NCBI GenBank assembly: GCA_005893265.1 | Contig: VBOX01000087.1 | Span: forward strand, 128-64,127 | Direction: 5' to 3' | DNA from: Candidatus Eiseniibacteriota bacterium | GTDB lineage: Bacteria > Eisenbacteria > RBG-16-71-46 > SZUA-252 | DNA: 64,000 bases | Shown here: one piece after another, positions 9,469 to 19,079 of the stretch | Numbering within the stretch: position 1 is the stretch's first letter | Layout of the letters: each line of letters begins with the position of its first letter | Program-made: the position numbers and the translations under genes | Notes under the pieces: generated by a model | Database searches by the model: none | The model's input: only the letters and a program-made list of their open reading frames with translations | Told to the model about the DNA's origin: nothing

Positions 9469-9559
9469 AGTTAATGGACGAAGGGAGTCTTCAGGCAGGC
9501 TAAACTAGCTTGGGTTATCTGAAACAACCCCCCTTGGCCAGACAACCTAGGAGGTTGCC

Positions 9560-9880
9560 ATGTTTGCACGCAGAGTCTCCATGGAACTTAAGCCTAATAG
9601 CTCCTTGGAGTTGACGCAGAAGCTCGAGAAGGAAGTCATTCCGATGCTTCGGAAGCAGAAGGGTTTCCAGGATGAGATCACCTTCGTCGCCACGGGCGGC
9701 GCAAAGGCGTTCGGAATCAGTCTCTGGGACAAGTCGGAGAGCGCGGACACCTACAACCGCGAGACGTACCCGGAAGTCGTGAAGCTCCTGGCGAAGTTCG
9801 TTGAGGGGACGCCTCGGATTGATACCTACGAGGTTTCCAACTCGACGTTCCACAAGATCGCGGCTGCACTACCGGTCTAA
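9560..9880 (+). CDS. small ferredoxin-like-fold protein (ABM/Dabb-like monooxygenase-type domain), function unknown
   Basis: 106 aa, strong AGGAGG RBS, followed by a perfect hairpin terminator. Confidence 0.5.
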   Translation: MFARRVSMELKPNSSLELTQKLEKEVIPMLRKQKGFQDEITFVATGGAKAFGISLWDKSESADTYNRETYPEVVKLLAKFVEGTPRIDTYEVSNSTFHKIAAALPV

Positions 9881-9901
9881 GGTCGATCGGTTCATTTGCT
9901 T

Positions 9902-9931
9902 GAGGGGGGCGGGCCAGAGTCCGCCCCCCTC
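9902..9931. terminator. bidirectional hairpin terminator GAGGGGGGCGGG...CCCGCCCCCCTC between convergent genes
   Basis: Perfect 12-bp GC-rich inverted repeat followed by a T-rich tract. Confidence 0.6.
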
Positions 9932-9973
9932 GCATTTTCCCGGCCGATGCTTCAACGTGCATCAGGACCGACG

Positions 9974-10357
9974 CTAGCGTGTCCACGCCTCGGAAACCGC
10001 CCGTCCTTTCTCAAGGTCGTCCACCACAAGGATGAGCTGGTGGTCATGATCGCTGTATTGGACCTCGATATTGACGCCAGCGTCGGCCATCCGCCGCGAG
10101 ATCTTGCCGAGCTGGCCGGGCTCTCCCTGTCGGAGCCGCTGCACCAGGACTTCGCGTTCTTCGATGACGCGGATGCCGACCGCCTCGAGGGCCTTACGGG
10201 CCGCGGCCCCGTCCGCGAAGAGGAAATGGGCGACGCCGACGCCGTTGACGACAAATGCGCCTCCGCCCTCGACGCTCACCCCAGCACGGCCCAACGCCTC
10301 ACCCATCTCGGCCAACGCGCCGGGGCGATTCTCCAGCGCGATGGTTAGATCCTTCAT
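9974..10357 (-). CDS. ACT-domain protein (tandem ACT-like)
   Basis: 127 aa with the G-hydrophobic pattern of ACT ligand-binding domains (NRPGALAEMGEALGRAGV... and ...QLGKISRRMADAGVNI). Confidence 0.55.
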   Translation of the reverse strand: MKDLTIALENRPGALAEMGEALGRAGVSVEGGGAFVVNGVGVAHFLFADGAAARKALEAVGIRVIEEREVLVQRLRQGEPGQLGKISRRMADAGVNIEVQYSDHDHQLILVVDDLEKGRAVSEAWTR

Positions 10358-10584
10358 GGCAATCCTCCATGGACGGATCCGTGCGGGTCCGGGGGTTACG
10401 CGGCGGCTTGACGGCGGCGCGCGCCGGCCAGATAAACGATGAAAAGCGCGACCATCACCAGATCAATCGCGACGGCGAGACCCGCCTGGTAGCCGGGATA
10501 GTGGCTGCCGTACAAAAGCACAAGTCCGATGAAGCGGCGGGACCCTCCAGCGCATGATCCATTTCATCTTGGCGACAATCCAAT

Positions 10585-10959
10585 TCATGATTCCCCCAGG
10601 TTTGGTGGCGCACTCAGGTTTTGCGGCACGCTTTTGCGAAGAGAATCTACCGCCGACGGATCCAGCTCGATGACAATGGAGGTATGGCTGTCGATTAGGG
10701 AAACGATTTTCTCACGCGGGCCCTGCCGCCATTCGGGGCTTCCGTAGAAAGCATCCTGGCTCGATTGACGATGCTCGAGGCTGTCATAAGCTCGCACGAG
10801 ATAGTAGGAGTTATCGTCGTGAGGGGAGGGGCCAAAGGCGACCACATCAACACCCCAGCGCCTCAGCATGGGTAGAGACACTTCTACCACAAGGCGATGA
10901 AACTCGCCGCGGCTCCCGGGCTTCAAGTTATAGGAACGGATTTCAACCACCTTGTTCAT
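10585..10959 (-). CDS. NIPSNAP-family protein
   Basis: VEIRSYNLKPG..F......LP..R.GV..V.FG and the later ..Y.L.RAYDSLEHR pattern characteristic of NIPSNAP. Confidence 0.55.
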   Translation of the reverse strand: MNKVVEIRSYNLKPGSRGEFHRLVVEVSLPMLRRWGVDVVAFGPSPHDDNSYYLVRAYDSLEHRQSSQDAFYGSPEWRQGPREKIVSLIDSHTSIVIELDPSAVDSLRKSVPQNLSAPPNLGES

Positions 10960-11506
10960 GGTTTGTGGTCCGCGCCGAACGGGCGAGCTCTCGTAGCCGG
11001 TTCAAATCCAGGCGTCCTTTAGCGCCCCATCCTTTCACTCCCCGAGGCACCTCGGGGCGGAACTCCTCGTAGAGAGAAAAGCCGATCGACTCCAGCCGCT
11101 GTGGAGGATAGGCCTTGGCGAGCGCGCGCATCGCGGCCTCGACTTCCGCCAGGGCCGCGCCGAACTTCTGCTCCAGGTACCGCCGCACACTGTCCGGGCT
11201 CTCGATGCGGTTGTTCGCGGCGGCCAGCAGACCCTCCGGGGCCTTGACCACGGGTACGGCGCGTCCGAGAAGCAGGACCGTTCCGGAGACCGCCTTCGAA
11301 GACTTCTTGGGCGTCCGCCCGGGCGACGTCGCTGGACCCTCTTCGTAGATCCCGAGCCTGCGGCCTTTGGACTGGGCGTTTAGCCCGGCCACCGCTTTAC
11401 CGAGGGTCAGCGCGGTCGGCCGAGCGTAACCAAGCCGCTCGGCAACAATGCTCGCCCAGAGCGTCAAGACGGGAGAACGATTCACGAGGACAGACTTGGT
11501 TGGCAC
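10943..11506 (-). CDS. hypothetical protein
   Basis: 187-aa ORF, codon usage consistent with coding; no recognisable domain. Confidence 0.4.
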   Translation of the reverse strand: MPTKSVLVNRSPVLTLWASIVAERLGYARPTALTLGKAVAGLNAQSKGRRLGIYEEGPATSPGRTPKKSSKAVSGTVLLLGRAVPVVKAPEGLLAAANNRIESPDSVRRYLEQKFGAALAEVEAAMRALAKAYPPQRLESIGFSLYEEFRPEVPRGVKGWGAKGRLDLNRLRELARSARTTNHEQGG

Positions 11507-12036
11507 CGGTGCAGGGTAACAGAGGATTTAGGGGGTGCAGACTGATAATGGAACGAGGAGCGGGATCGAGCCGGATCGAAGAGATCGCGCGCGATGTCAG
11601 CCAAGAGGAACGTGCCCGACCAGGCGTAGTGACCGAGTCGGAGCACCCAGAGCGCGCCGTCTGCTCGGATCGGAAGCTCGAGCCTCCCGTGCTCTCCTGA
11701 GCCCGGCTGGCCCCCGCTCCTCGTTAGCGTCGCCCGCCTCGATCTTCGCCCAAGCCGGGGCTGGACGAGGCACGCGTTGTATGTGGGACCCGGCACTGAA
11801 AAGTGCCGGGTCCCCAACCGCCCAATACGGTCCCTTGGGGGAGGGTCTATGTCAATGCAACGGGACCGTAAGTGGGCGGATCCCCCATTTCGATACCCAG
11901 GGGGGAATGTTACGAAAACGTGCGCATCGCGAGAATCGGCGTTCCGCTGAATCTCGTGTCGGATTGCTACCTGGTTTCGTGTCAGACGGAATCGGACAGG
12001 GGATGGTGGGGAGTGAAAAAGGGCCGAGCCGGTCAG

Positions 12037-12669
12037 CTATTCGACGAGGTGGTTTCGGACCGCGTATACGGTCAGCTCGGCGTTCGTGCGGAGATTCATC
12101 TTCTCGAGGACGCGCGCGCGATAGGTGCTGACAGTTTTCACGCTGATGTGCAGGTCTTCGGCAACCTGCGAGACGGCGCGGCCGGATGCGAGAAGCCGGA
12201 ATACCTGGAATTCCCGCTCGGAAAGCTGATCGTGCGGTGACTGTTCGGCGTCGCGGTCGATCATGACGGCGAGCCGTTCCGCCTGCTTGGGACTCACGTA
12301 GCGCCCCCCCGCCACGACCTTCCGGACCGCTTGGACCAGCTCCTCCGGCGCGCTCTCTTTGGTGAGGTATCCGGAGGCTCCGGACCGGAGCGCCCGGACC
12401 GCGTAGTGATCCTCGGAGGCGATGGTCAGGATGAGGATCGGGAGTTTTGGGCGCTCGCGCTTGATTTCGCGGAGCAAGTCGAGGCCGTTCCCGTCGGGAA
12501 AGTTGAGATCGAGCACCACCACATCCCACTCGCCTTGCCGGAGCTTCGACAAGACCTCCCTGCAACTCCCCGCTTCGCCTCGAACGACCATGTCGCGCTC
12601 CTCGCTCAGCACGTCAGCCAGGCCACGGCGGAGGACGGCATGATCATCAGCGATGAGGACGCGAATCAT
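12037..12669 (-). CDS. two-component response regulator, NarL/FixJ family (REC + LuxR-type HTH)
   Basis: REC motifs IADDH, VVVLDLNFPDGNG, SGASGYLTKE. C-terminal LSEREFQVFRLLASG..VSQVAEDLHISVKTVSTYR. Confidence 0.9.
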   Translation of the reverse strand: MIRVLIADDHAVLRRGLADVLSEERDMVVRGEAGSCREVLSKLRQGEWDVVVLDLNFPDGNGLDLLREIKRERPKLPILILTIASEDHYAVRALRSGASGYLTKESAPEELVQAVRKVVAGGRYVSPKQAERLAVMIDRDAEQSPHDQLSEREFQVFRLLASGRAVSQVAEDLHISVKTVSTYRARVLEKMNLRTNAELTVYAVRNHLVE

Positions 12670-12821
12670 GATTCCGCCAGCTGCGCGTAAGCGACATGGA
12701 CAAGGAGCACCGCCCCGGTCACCGCCACCTCCCCTTCAAAACACCGAGAGCAAGATGCCGGGCAAGGAAGCGGTTACCCGACTCAGCCACACGACGATAA
12801 TTCTAGCATGAAATGTTCCCA

Positions 12822-13157
12822 TCACGCGCGGCGCGCCCCTTCGGCGTTGAGCTCTGCTGCGCGCACCCTCAAACGCGCCGCCCGGGTCGCGTCTGCTTCC
12901 AGCGCAGCTTCCTCGTCGAGCAGTTGGGCGAGCGCTTGAATCCTATCCGAAGAGCCGAGGAGCTTGGCGGCCGTGGATGAGTCGACCCGTCGGACAAGCT
13001 CGGTCTGCGACCCGAGCAGCATGGTGTACGACCGTTCCAGCTCCGCCTTGGCTTCTTCCATCTGGCCGGCCATTCGCAAACCGGCAATGCGGGCCAGCAT
13101 TGCGGCGATGCCCCTGATCTGGCGAAGGAGGCTGTCCTCGCGTTGGGAGCCGCTCAT
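12822..13157 (-). CDS. hypothetical protein
   Basis: ORF only; start placed at MSGSQRE. Confidence 0.35.
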   Translation of the reverse strand: MSGSQREDSLLRQIRGIAAMLARIAGLRMAGQMEEAKAELERSYTMLLGSQTELVRRVDSSTAAKLLGSSDRIQALAQLLDEEAALEADATRAARLRVRAAELNAEGARRA

Positions 13158-13534
13158 ACATCGGATTGGACCCCCAGCCAATCGAGGGCTGATTTGCAGT
13201 CGCGAAAAACCGCAGCCCTTACTCCGACAGCCTCGCTGTGTACACTCCCCATCTTGCTCAGACCGAAGTGCACATCGGTTCTCGCCACCACGGCGCAGCG
13301 GCCACCGATTCGCGCGTGATACGGGCCCAAGAACTGAGCGATGCGCCGGATCTCATGCGGTGCCCGCGTCTCCAGCGATTCCGAACGCGTCACGTCCAGC
13401 AAGAGAGCGACCCTGTTGGGGCAACTCGGATCCGCCAGCCCCGCAAGAAACTGCGCGACGATGTCTTTGGGGCGGTAATGGCCTTCAAGATCCAACTTGA
13501 GGAGAGGCCCTACCAGCGCATAGGTGACCGGCAT
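13154..13534 (-). CDS. hypothetical protein
   Basis: 126-aa ORF adjacent to the response regulator gene; no confident domain. Confidence 0.4.
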   Translation of the reverse strand: MPVTYALVGPLLKLDLEGHYRPKDIVAQFLAGLADPSCPNRVALLLDVTRSESLETRAPHEIRRIAQFLGPYHARIGGRCAVVARTDVHFGLSKMGSVHSEAVGVRAAVFRDCKSALDWLGVQSDV

Positions 13535-13588
13535 GTCAAGCGCCTCGCTTCCCTTGAAACCATGGAGTATGTGCAGCCGCCCAGGCGG

Positions 13589-14017
13589 CTAGTCGCCGCC
13601 GAGCTTGATCTTCGTCTTGGAGACCCAGGTAGGGGCAGAGTCAATGGTCTGGCGGAGCATGAGATTCAACTGTGCGGCGTGATGCTGAACGTGGCGCATA
13701 CTGTACAGGAGTAACTCCGACACCGTAACATCCGGCCGTTCGAACCCGCAGCGTTGGCCAGTATACACCCGTTCGGGAAGCAGCCCCGCTGGGTCCAGTT
13801 CGTCGAGCGTGAAGGGAGCCGGCGGAGTGAAACCCTCGGGCGAGTCCGACAAATAGAAGTCGAGAAAGAAGAGCGTGTGAAAAACGACATACCAGTACTC
13901 CGGTCGCCGCGAGCGGTCGTTCCAGAGCTCCTCGGGGCAAGCGAGCAGCGCGTTCTCCAGCATGTCGATGGCCGCCCCGAACTGCTGCCAAAGGATTGGC
14001 TTCCACGTAGCAATCAT
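13589..14017 (-). CDS. DinB/YfiT-like (DinB_2) metal-dependent protein
   Basis: C-terminal MRHVQHHAAQLNLML histidine motif and four-helix-bundle length. Confidence 0.55.
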   Translation of the reverse strand: MIATWKPILWQQFGAAIDMLENALLACPEELWNDRSRRPEYWYVVFHTLFFLDFYLSDSPEGFTPPAPFTLDELDPAGLLPERVYTGQRCGFERPDVTVSELLLYSMRHVQHHAAQLNLMLRQTIDSAPTWVSKTKIKLGGD

Positions 14018-14069
14018 TGGAGACGCCGTCCGCCGCTATGGTCTGCCGCGATTCCGGCGTCTGCGGAGG

Positions 14070-14345
14070 TCAACGGCGCTCCCAATGTCGCTGCGCCCAG
14101 GCGGCCAGCGACCGGACCAGCAGTGCATTGACGGCGATGCCGCCGACCACGATACCGGCCATGCCTGCCCAACCCAGACGCGACATCGGGTCCAGGCCGA
14201 GCGCGAGGCTCCACGGCATCGCGAGGAGCACGAGCTCAATCGCGTCAAGCCCAGGCATGTCTCCTGAGTTGCTCAGTCGGATTACGGCTGCGACGCCCGC
14301 TACCGCCACGAGCGCGAGGTACACCGACAGGACCAAGCGGGCCAT
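14070..14345 (-). CDS. small membrane protein (2-3 TM)
   Basis: Start placed at MARLVLSVYLALVAV. The upstream part of the longer ORF is Arg/Pro-rich and unlikely to be coding. Confidence 0.4.
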   Translation of the reverse strand: MARLVLSVYLALVAVAGVAAVIRLSNSGDMPGLDAIELVLLAMPWSLALGLDPMSRLGWAGMAGIVVGGIAVNALLVRSLAAWAQRHWERR

Positions 14346-14698
14346 GCTTGGAGGATACCAACAGCGGCGGGAACGCAAAAGAAGAGCAAGTGGCAGGTGC
14401 CAGCCCTCCGGTTGCCGCTCGTAGTGGACCCGAGGGAATTGGGGGATCTGTTTAGGTTTAGGTCGCCAGCGAGCGCTTACCGAGATGCTAGCGGTGCCTG
14501 CCACTTGCTGGGGAAGGTCGCTGAGGTAGACGGAGCGCGCCATCAGGGGGATTCTTCAAAAAGGGTAGGGAAAACCCTGACAGGCGCGCCCGGCGTGGTC
14601 GATCCAAGCCACGCCGCCGGCTTCGTGATATATTCGCGGATCCCCAACTCGCGTATGGGAGTAGGATTGGTACGGGGGTCCCTGAAGGGAGGCCCCAC

Positions 14699-16072
14699 AT
14701 GAAGCGGATCGCGAGCGCAGCGCTCCTCCTCGTTCTGGCATCCACTCTCGTTGCCGTCGCCGCGCAGCAACAGCCTGCCTATACCTCGATTCAAGGCACC
14801 GTCCACGCATTACAGCCGAAGACCGGATCCTTCGACGTGGTCACCGGTGTCGGCATGTCCCTGCGGATCGTGCACCTCGTGGCCCCGCCGGCCGGAGAAG
14901 CCGCGGTTCCGTTGAGCGCGAGGCCGGCGCCGGCCACATCGGTCCTCCTTCTCGTCGCCCTCGTCGCGAGCGGTTGCGCGAAGCCCGTGCACCCAGGCGA
15001 TCCGATCTCGGGTCTGACCGCCGAACAACGCGACCGGTTCCGGCGCGGCCGGGCGGTCTTCGACAGTGTCTTCACACCCGAAACGGGGCTTGGCCCGCTC
15101 TTCAACTCCGCCGCCTGCGGGGAGTGCCACGAGGATCCCGTGTCGGGAGGAAGCGGCGAGGAGGTGGAGGTACACGCCACCGCATTCCACGCCGACGGGA
15201 ACTGCGATCCGCTCGCCGACCAAGGCGGCCCCGTCATCCAACAGGACGCAACACCCGCGCTCAAGGCTGCCTTGGGTCTCGACAAGGAGCCCCTCCCCAA
15301 GGACGCCACCGGGCGCGGCCTCCGAACGTCGCTGGCGATTTTCGGTCGTGGTCTGCTCGATGCCGTGCCCGACTCGGACATCGTCTCCTATGCTGATCCC
15401 GATGACAGGAACCATGACGGGATTTCCGGGCGAGTAAACCGCTTTGTGGATGGACGCATCGGTCGGTTCGGGCGCAAGGCATTCGTACCGACGTTGAGCG
15501 AATTCAACGCGGGCGCATTCGTCATCGAGCAGGGCATCACGAATCCGGCCGTCCCGACCGAGGAATCGATCGGTGGAGGGCCAATTCCCGCGGGGGTCGA
15601 TCCCGCCCCCGACCCTGAGATCAACCAAGAGGCGCTTGATCTCACGACCGACTTCGTGCGCTTCCTGGCCCCGCCCTCGCCCTTGCGACAGACTGGGGCG
15701 GCCGGAAAGGGCCGCCATCTATTCGATCAAATCGGGTGCGCTTCGTGCCATTTACCGACGCTCCGCACGGGGAAAAACTCCATACGGGCGCTCGATCGAA
15801 AGCAATTCTTCGCCTATACCGATCTTCTCGTCCACGACATGGGCCCGGACCTGGCGGACATTTGCCTCGGCCTCGCGACACCGCCCGAGTTCCGGACCGA
15901 GCCTCTCGTCGGCGTGCGTCTCGCACACCATTTCCTCCACGATGGCCGCGCGGCCACGCTCGACCAGGCGATCGAGCTGCATGGAGGTGAAGGATCGGGC
16001 GCGCGGGACCGCTTCAAAGCGCTCACGCCGAAAGAGCGAGACGCGGTGATCGCGTTTCTGAAAACTCTGTAG
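14699..16072 (+). CDS. di-haem cytochrome c oxidoreductase / putative peroxidase (DUF1111, DHOR family)
   Basis: Two CxxCH motifs (CGECH, CASCH) and the conserved FGRK..VP and L.HD.G patterns. GGGAGG RBS. Contains both an N-terminal signal and an internal lipobox-like LVASGC. Confidence 0.75.
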   Translation: MKRIASAALLLVLASTLVAVAAQQQPAYTSIQGTVHALQPKTGSFDVVTGVGMSLRIVHLVAPPAGEAAVPLSARPAPATSVLLLVALVASGCAKPVHPGDPISGLTAEQRDRFRRGRAVFDSVFTPETGLGPLFNSAACGECHEDPVSGGSGEEVEVHATAFHADGNCDPLADQGGPVIQQDATPALKAALGLDKEPLPKDATGRGLRTSLAIFGRGLLDAVPDSDIVSYADPDDRNHDGISGRVNRFVDGRIGRFGRKAFVPTLSEFNAGAFVIEQGITNPAVPTEESIGGGPIPAGVDPAPDPEINQEALDLTTDFVRFLAPPSPLRQTGAAGKGRHLFDQIGCASCHLPTLRTGKNSIRALDRKQFFAYTDLLVHDMGPDLADICLGLATPPEFRTEPLVGVRLAHHFLHDGRAATLDQAIELHGGEGSGARDRFKALTPKERDAVIAFLKTL

Positions 16073-16112
16073 TCGGAGGGCGGGTGACGCGGGAGCGCGT
16101 CGATAAAGCGAG

Positions 16113-16676
16113 CTAGAGGCGCCGCCGACCGCTCGCGTCCTCTTCAAACCCCGGCCTGCCACCGGCCGGCAACGCGAAGCCCAAGAACGCGACGCCCGCC
16201 GCTCCGAGCAGCTGGACCAGCAGGCGAACGACATCGAGGCGCACTCCCTTGGGACCAAGAAGATCCCCGTTCTTGCGGATCGAGGACGCGGCGACGTTTT
16301 CCTCGAGCGGGCGCGGCTTTACAAAAGGCGCGATGACGGCGGGATTGGAGGTCGGGTCGTTCGGCTTCACCGAGTACTCGGCATAATCTTCTTTCGAAAT
16401 GTAGACCCCTTTGCGTTCTTGCTGAGCCTGGGAGAGAAATCGCGCGATTTCGTCGTCGGTGTGGCCCTCATCCCGGGCGGATTCGTAGTCGAACCAGCGT
16501 ATCTCGGACCGAGCAGGCTCGGGAGGAGCAGGCTCGGGCGGCGTGAAGATCCATTGGTAACCCGCCGGGCGGACGACGACGACCCCCGGAGACGGCGTGG
16601 CGACGCGCTCCCACGGGGGGAAGAGCGCCATGGCAACGACGAGAAGGCCGGCAATCGTAAGGACGAACCGCCTCAT
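16113..16676 (-). CDS. hypothetical membrane-anchored protein (N- and C-terminal TM)
   Basis: ORF with two hydrophobic helices. Confidence 0.4.
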   Translation of the reverse strand: MRRFVLTIAGLLVVAMALFPPWERVATPSPGVVVVRPAGYQWIFTPPEPAPPEPARSEIRWFDYESARDEGHTDDEIARFLSQAQQERKGVYISKEDYAEYSVKPNDPTSNPAVIAPFVKPRPLEENVAASSIRKNGDLLGPKGVRLDVVRLLVQLLGAAGVAFLGFALPAGGRPGFEEDASGRRRL

Positions 16677-16690
16677 TCAGATCTCCAGTG

Positions 16691-16972
16691 CTAGAGCGAC
16701 GGCCCAACCCGCTCGACGGCCTCTGGCGAGGTGATGACGGGATACACCTCGAAATCCACCAGGTCACTCCAGCGGGCGATCCACGTGTCCAGCAGGGCTC
16801 GATCGGTGGTCCGCATCAGCTGAAAACACCGCTCGAGCTTGTCGTCGATCCAGCTTGCGACATAGTCGAGCCCCTCCGGAGTCATCCGGCCCTGATCCCG
16901 AAAGCGACGATAAATTGGTTTCGGGTCCTTGTTCTTGAAGCACTCGACCACCATGTACAGGGTCTCGGGCAT
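16691..16972 (-). CDS. DUF3303-family small protein
   Basis: MPETLYMVVECFKN...YRRFRDQGRMTPEGL.YV.SW....L.RCFQLM resembles the DUF3303 consensus as I recall it. Start placed at MPETLYM. Confidence 0.5.
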   Translation of the reverse strand: MPETLYMVVECFKNKDPKPIYRRFRDQGRMTPEGLDYVASWIDDKLERCFQLMRTTDRALLDTWIARWSDLVDFEVYPVITSPEAVERVGPSL

Positions 16973-17025
16973 TCGCGGCACTCTACCCGGCCTCGGGCCG
17001 CCGATCAATGGCGCGCGCACCGCAC

Positions 17026-18560
17026 CTAATATACGTACTTCCGTGGGCTTCTCGGCGGCGGATCCGATCGACTCTGTCGGACAAAAACGCACATCTTGTC
17101 CCGGGCAGAAACCGTGTTGTGAGCCAATTGAACCAGAAAGAGAGGGGAGTACTTGTGCGTTGAATCAGCGTCGTAATAGCAGAACGTTTCGTCTCCGGGC
17201 GACCCATAGGCGGCATACCTGCGGAACCAGTTTGGAAAGATGATGAGCAGGCGAGGCTTGTATAGAGTCAGATTCTCAGGTAACGGTCTTAGGGGTGAGA
17301 TGAGGCCCATGAGATCGACGATGTACCGATCACTGAAATACCCGATCGCACCGATGTCGTTGACTGCAAGTGCATCACCAGGTCGGGTGATGCTTCTCGC
17401 GATCTCGCCGATCCGTCTCTGCATGCTGTTGATGTTCTGAACATTCCATGCGTGGTCCTCGGCCCGCCGGAGTGCCCCGATGCCTTCGGGGATGAGGATA
17501 GTCCCCACCAAGCAGGTGAGTGCTAGACGGCGCAAATTCCGCGGGGTTCTGTCCGCCAAGGTCACCATGCCGATTCCGATGAGTATGGCCCCTGGACCGA
17601 TGACGTACAGGATGTAGCGCGATCCGGCACCGGCTGACCCCGCGACTAGGGTCCACGCGATGGGAAGGCCAAACGGGTACAGGGGCAGTAGTGGAAACCT
17701 ACGGAGGGTGACCGCTCCTCCAACTACCATCAGAACGATCGGGAGAGCCGAGCCTGCTATTAGGGGAATGGAGGTGCTGGGAACGCCCCAAAGGGCAGCC
17801 CATTCCCCCAGGATTCGCGTCAACCGAGGAATCAAGGCAGCCGTCAAGGACGCCTTGGCGGCTACGCTACCGGGAAGAATCGCGTGCCCCACCCCATAAT
17901 TGAATGCGGCGTAAGCGACGACGATCGATGCCAGCAGGAGGAGCCTCCGAAAGGCCCCCTCTCGACTTGATGCTACTCCAGCGAATGCTAGGAGTATTCC
18001 CTCGGGTCGCACCCAGATGCCCAGACCCCAGACGAGGGTCGCCGGAAGCAGACGGCGGCTCACATAGAAGTAAAAACCAACGGATACGATGCACAGATAG
18101 AATGGGATTTCCATTCCTGAAAGCGATGCCCACAGCAGGGGCGGAGACATCCCGACAATCAGGGCGGCTGTCAGCTGGGCGTACGTCTTCGCAGGCTCCA
18201 AGATGCGCATCGTCTTGAAAACTACAACGGTAGTGACGCACTGAAAGACAATGCCTACAGCCTTTGCGCCCCAAACGATGTCTCCAATGGCGCGGTACAC
18301 AAGAGCCAATAGCAGTGTGTAGAGCGGGGCCGTTGAGAGCCCCCAACCAGTTCTCCACGATTGAAGGAGTAGCCGTATCCCGAGGCAAGGTTCCTGGCGA
18401 TTGTCGCGTGGATCCAGGAATCATCCAGCGAGAATCCCCATCGTGCCGCGATCTGTTTCTCCGCCGCTATGAAGAGGGCTTCGGCGGCTAGGACGGCGCA
18501 CAGCAGGAGGGAGTAGGATCTCCAATTCTTCTTAGCCGTGCCGGTGGCTGCATCGGGCAT
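17026..18560 (-). pseudogene. polytopic membrane glycosyltransferase (GT39/PMT-like, DDSWIHA..ARNLASGYGYSFNRGE N-motif) interrupted by a -1 frameshift at a G5 run near 18320
   Basis: The N-terminal 18255..18560 frame ends in junk. The frame of 17026..18309 reads STAPLYTLLLALVYRA directly after ...NRGELVGGS, so the two frames join at ggttgggggctctc. Confidence 0.6.
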
Positions 18561-18569
18561 CGGCGCCTT

Positions 18570-19079
18570 CTATTCACCGGGCGCCTGTTCGGCGGCTGCC
18601 CGCGCGACTTCCAGCGCCGCCAGGGTCGTCAGGCCGAAGAGGAAGAGCGGATTCCCGAGCCAGCCGTAGCCGATCAGGAGACGGTTGAAGGCGTCATACA
18701 GGAGAGGGTCATTCGCCGGCGCGCCGCGCGCCACGAGGAAGTGCATCACCCAACCATTGATCAGGGCGACTCCGGCGAAGAAGGTCATCCCGACCGTCAT
18801 CGCGCCCCAGGCTAGAGCGAGACCCCAGCGTCGCGTGAGGCTGCCCCCGGCGACGAGCATGAGAAGCGTGCCCAAGACGCAAAGCACGAACCCGCCGGCG
18901 ATGGCCACATGGATCGGCCCCCACCAGGGCGTGTTTTGGAGGACCGAAGGCTTCTCCTCGAACCCCCCCGCGGGGACCGGATGAAAAATGAGCCCGATCG
19001 CCACGAGGACGGTGGCGGCGGCTAGGACGTACCCGCCGGCCCGGGCAGCCCCCGGATCACGGAATAGATTTCCTGACAT
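18570..19079 (-). CDS. hypothetical integral membrane protein (4 TM)
   Basis: ORF with hydrophobic helices. Confidence 0.45.
   Translation of the reverse strand: MSGNLFRDPGAARAGGYVLAAATVLVAIGLIFHPVPAGGFEEKPSVLQNTPWWGPIHVAIAGGFVLCVLGTLLMLVAGGSLTRRWGLALAWGAMTVGMTFFAGVALINGWVMHFLVARGAPANDPLLYDAFNRLLIGYGWLGNPLFLFGLTTLAALEVARAAAEQAPGE

Noticed and set aside
10392-10520. 42-codon minus-strand ORF encoding a single-TM peptide (VLLYGSHYPGYQAGLAVAIDLVMVALFIVYLAGARRRQAAA)
   Set aside because: Could be a real micro-protein or the remnant 3' end of a decayed membrane-protein gene; too short and without RBS evidence
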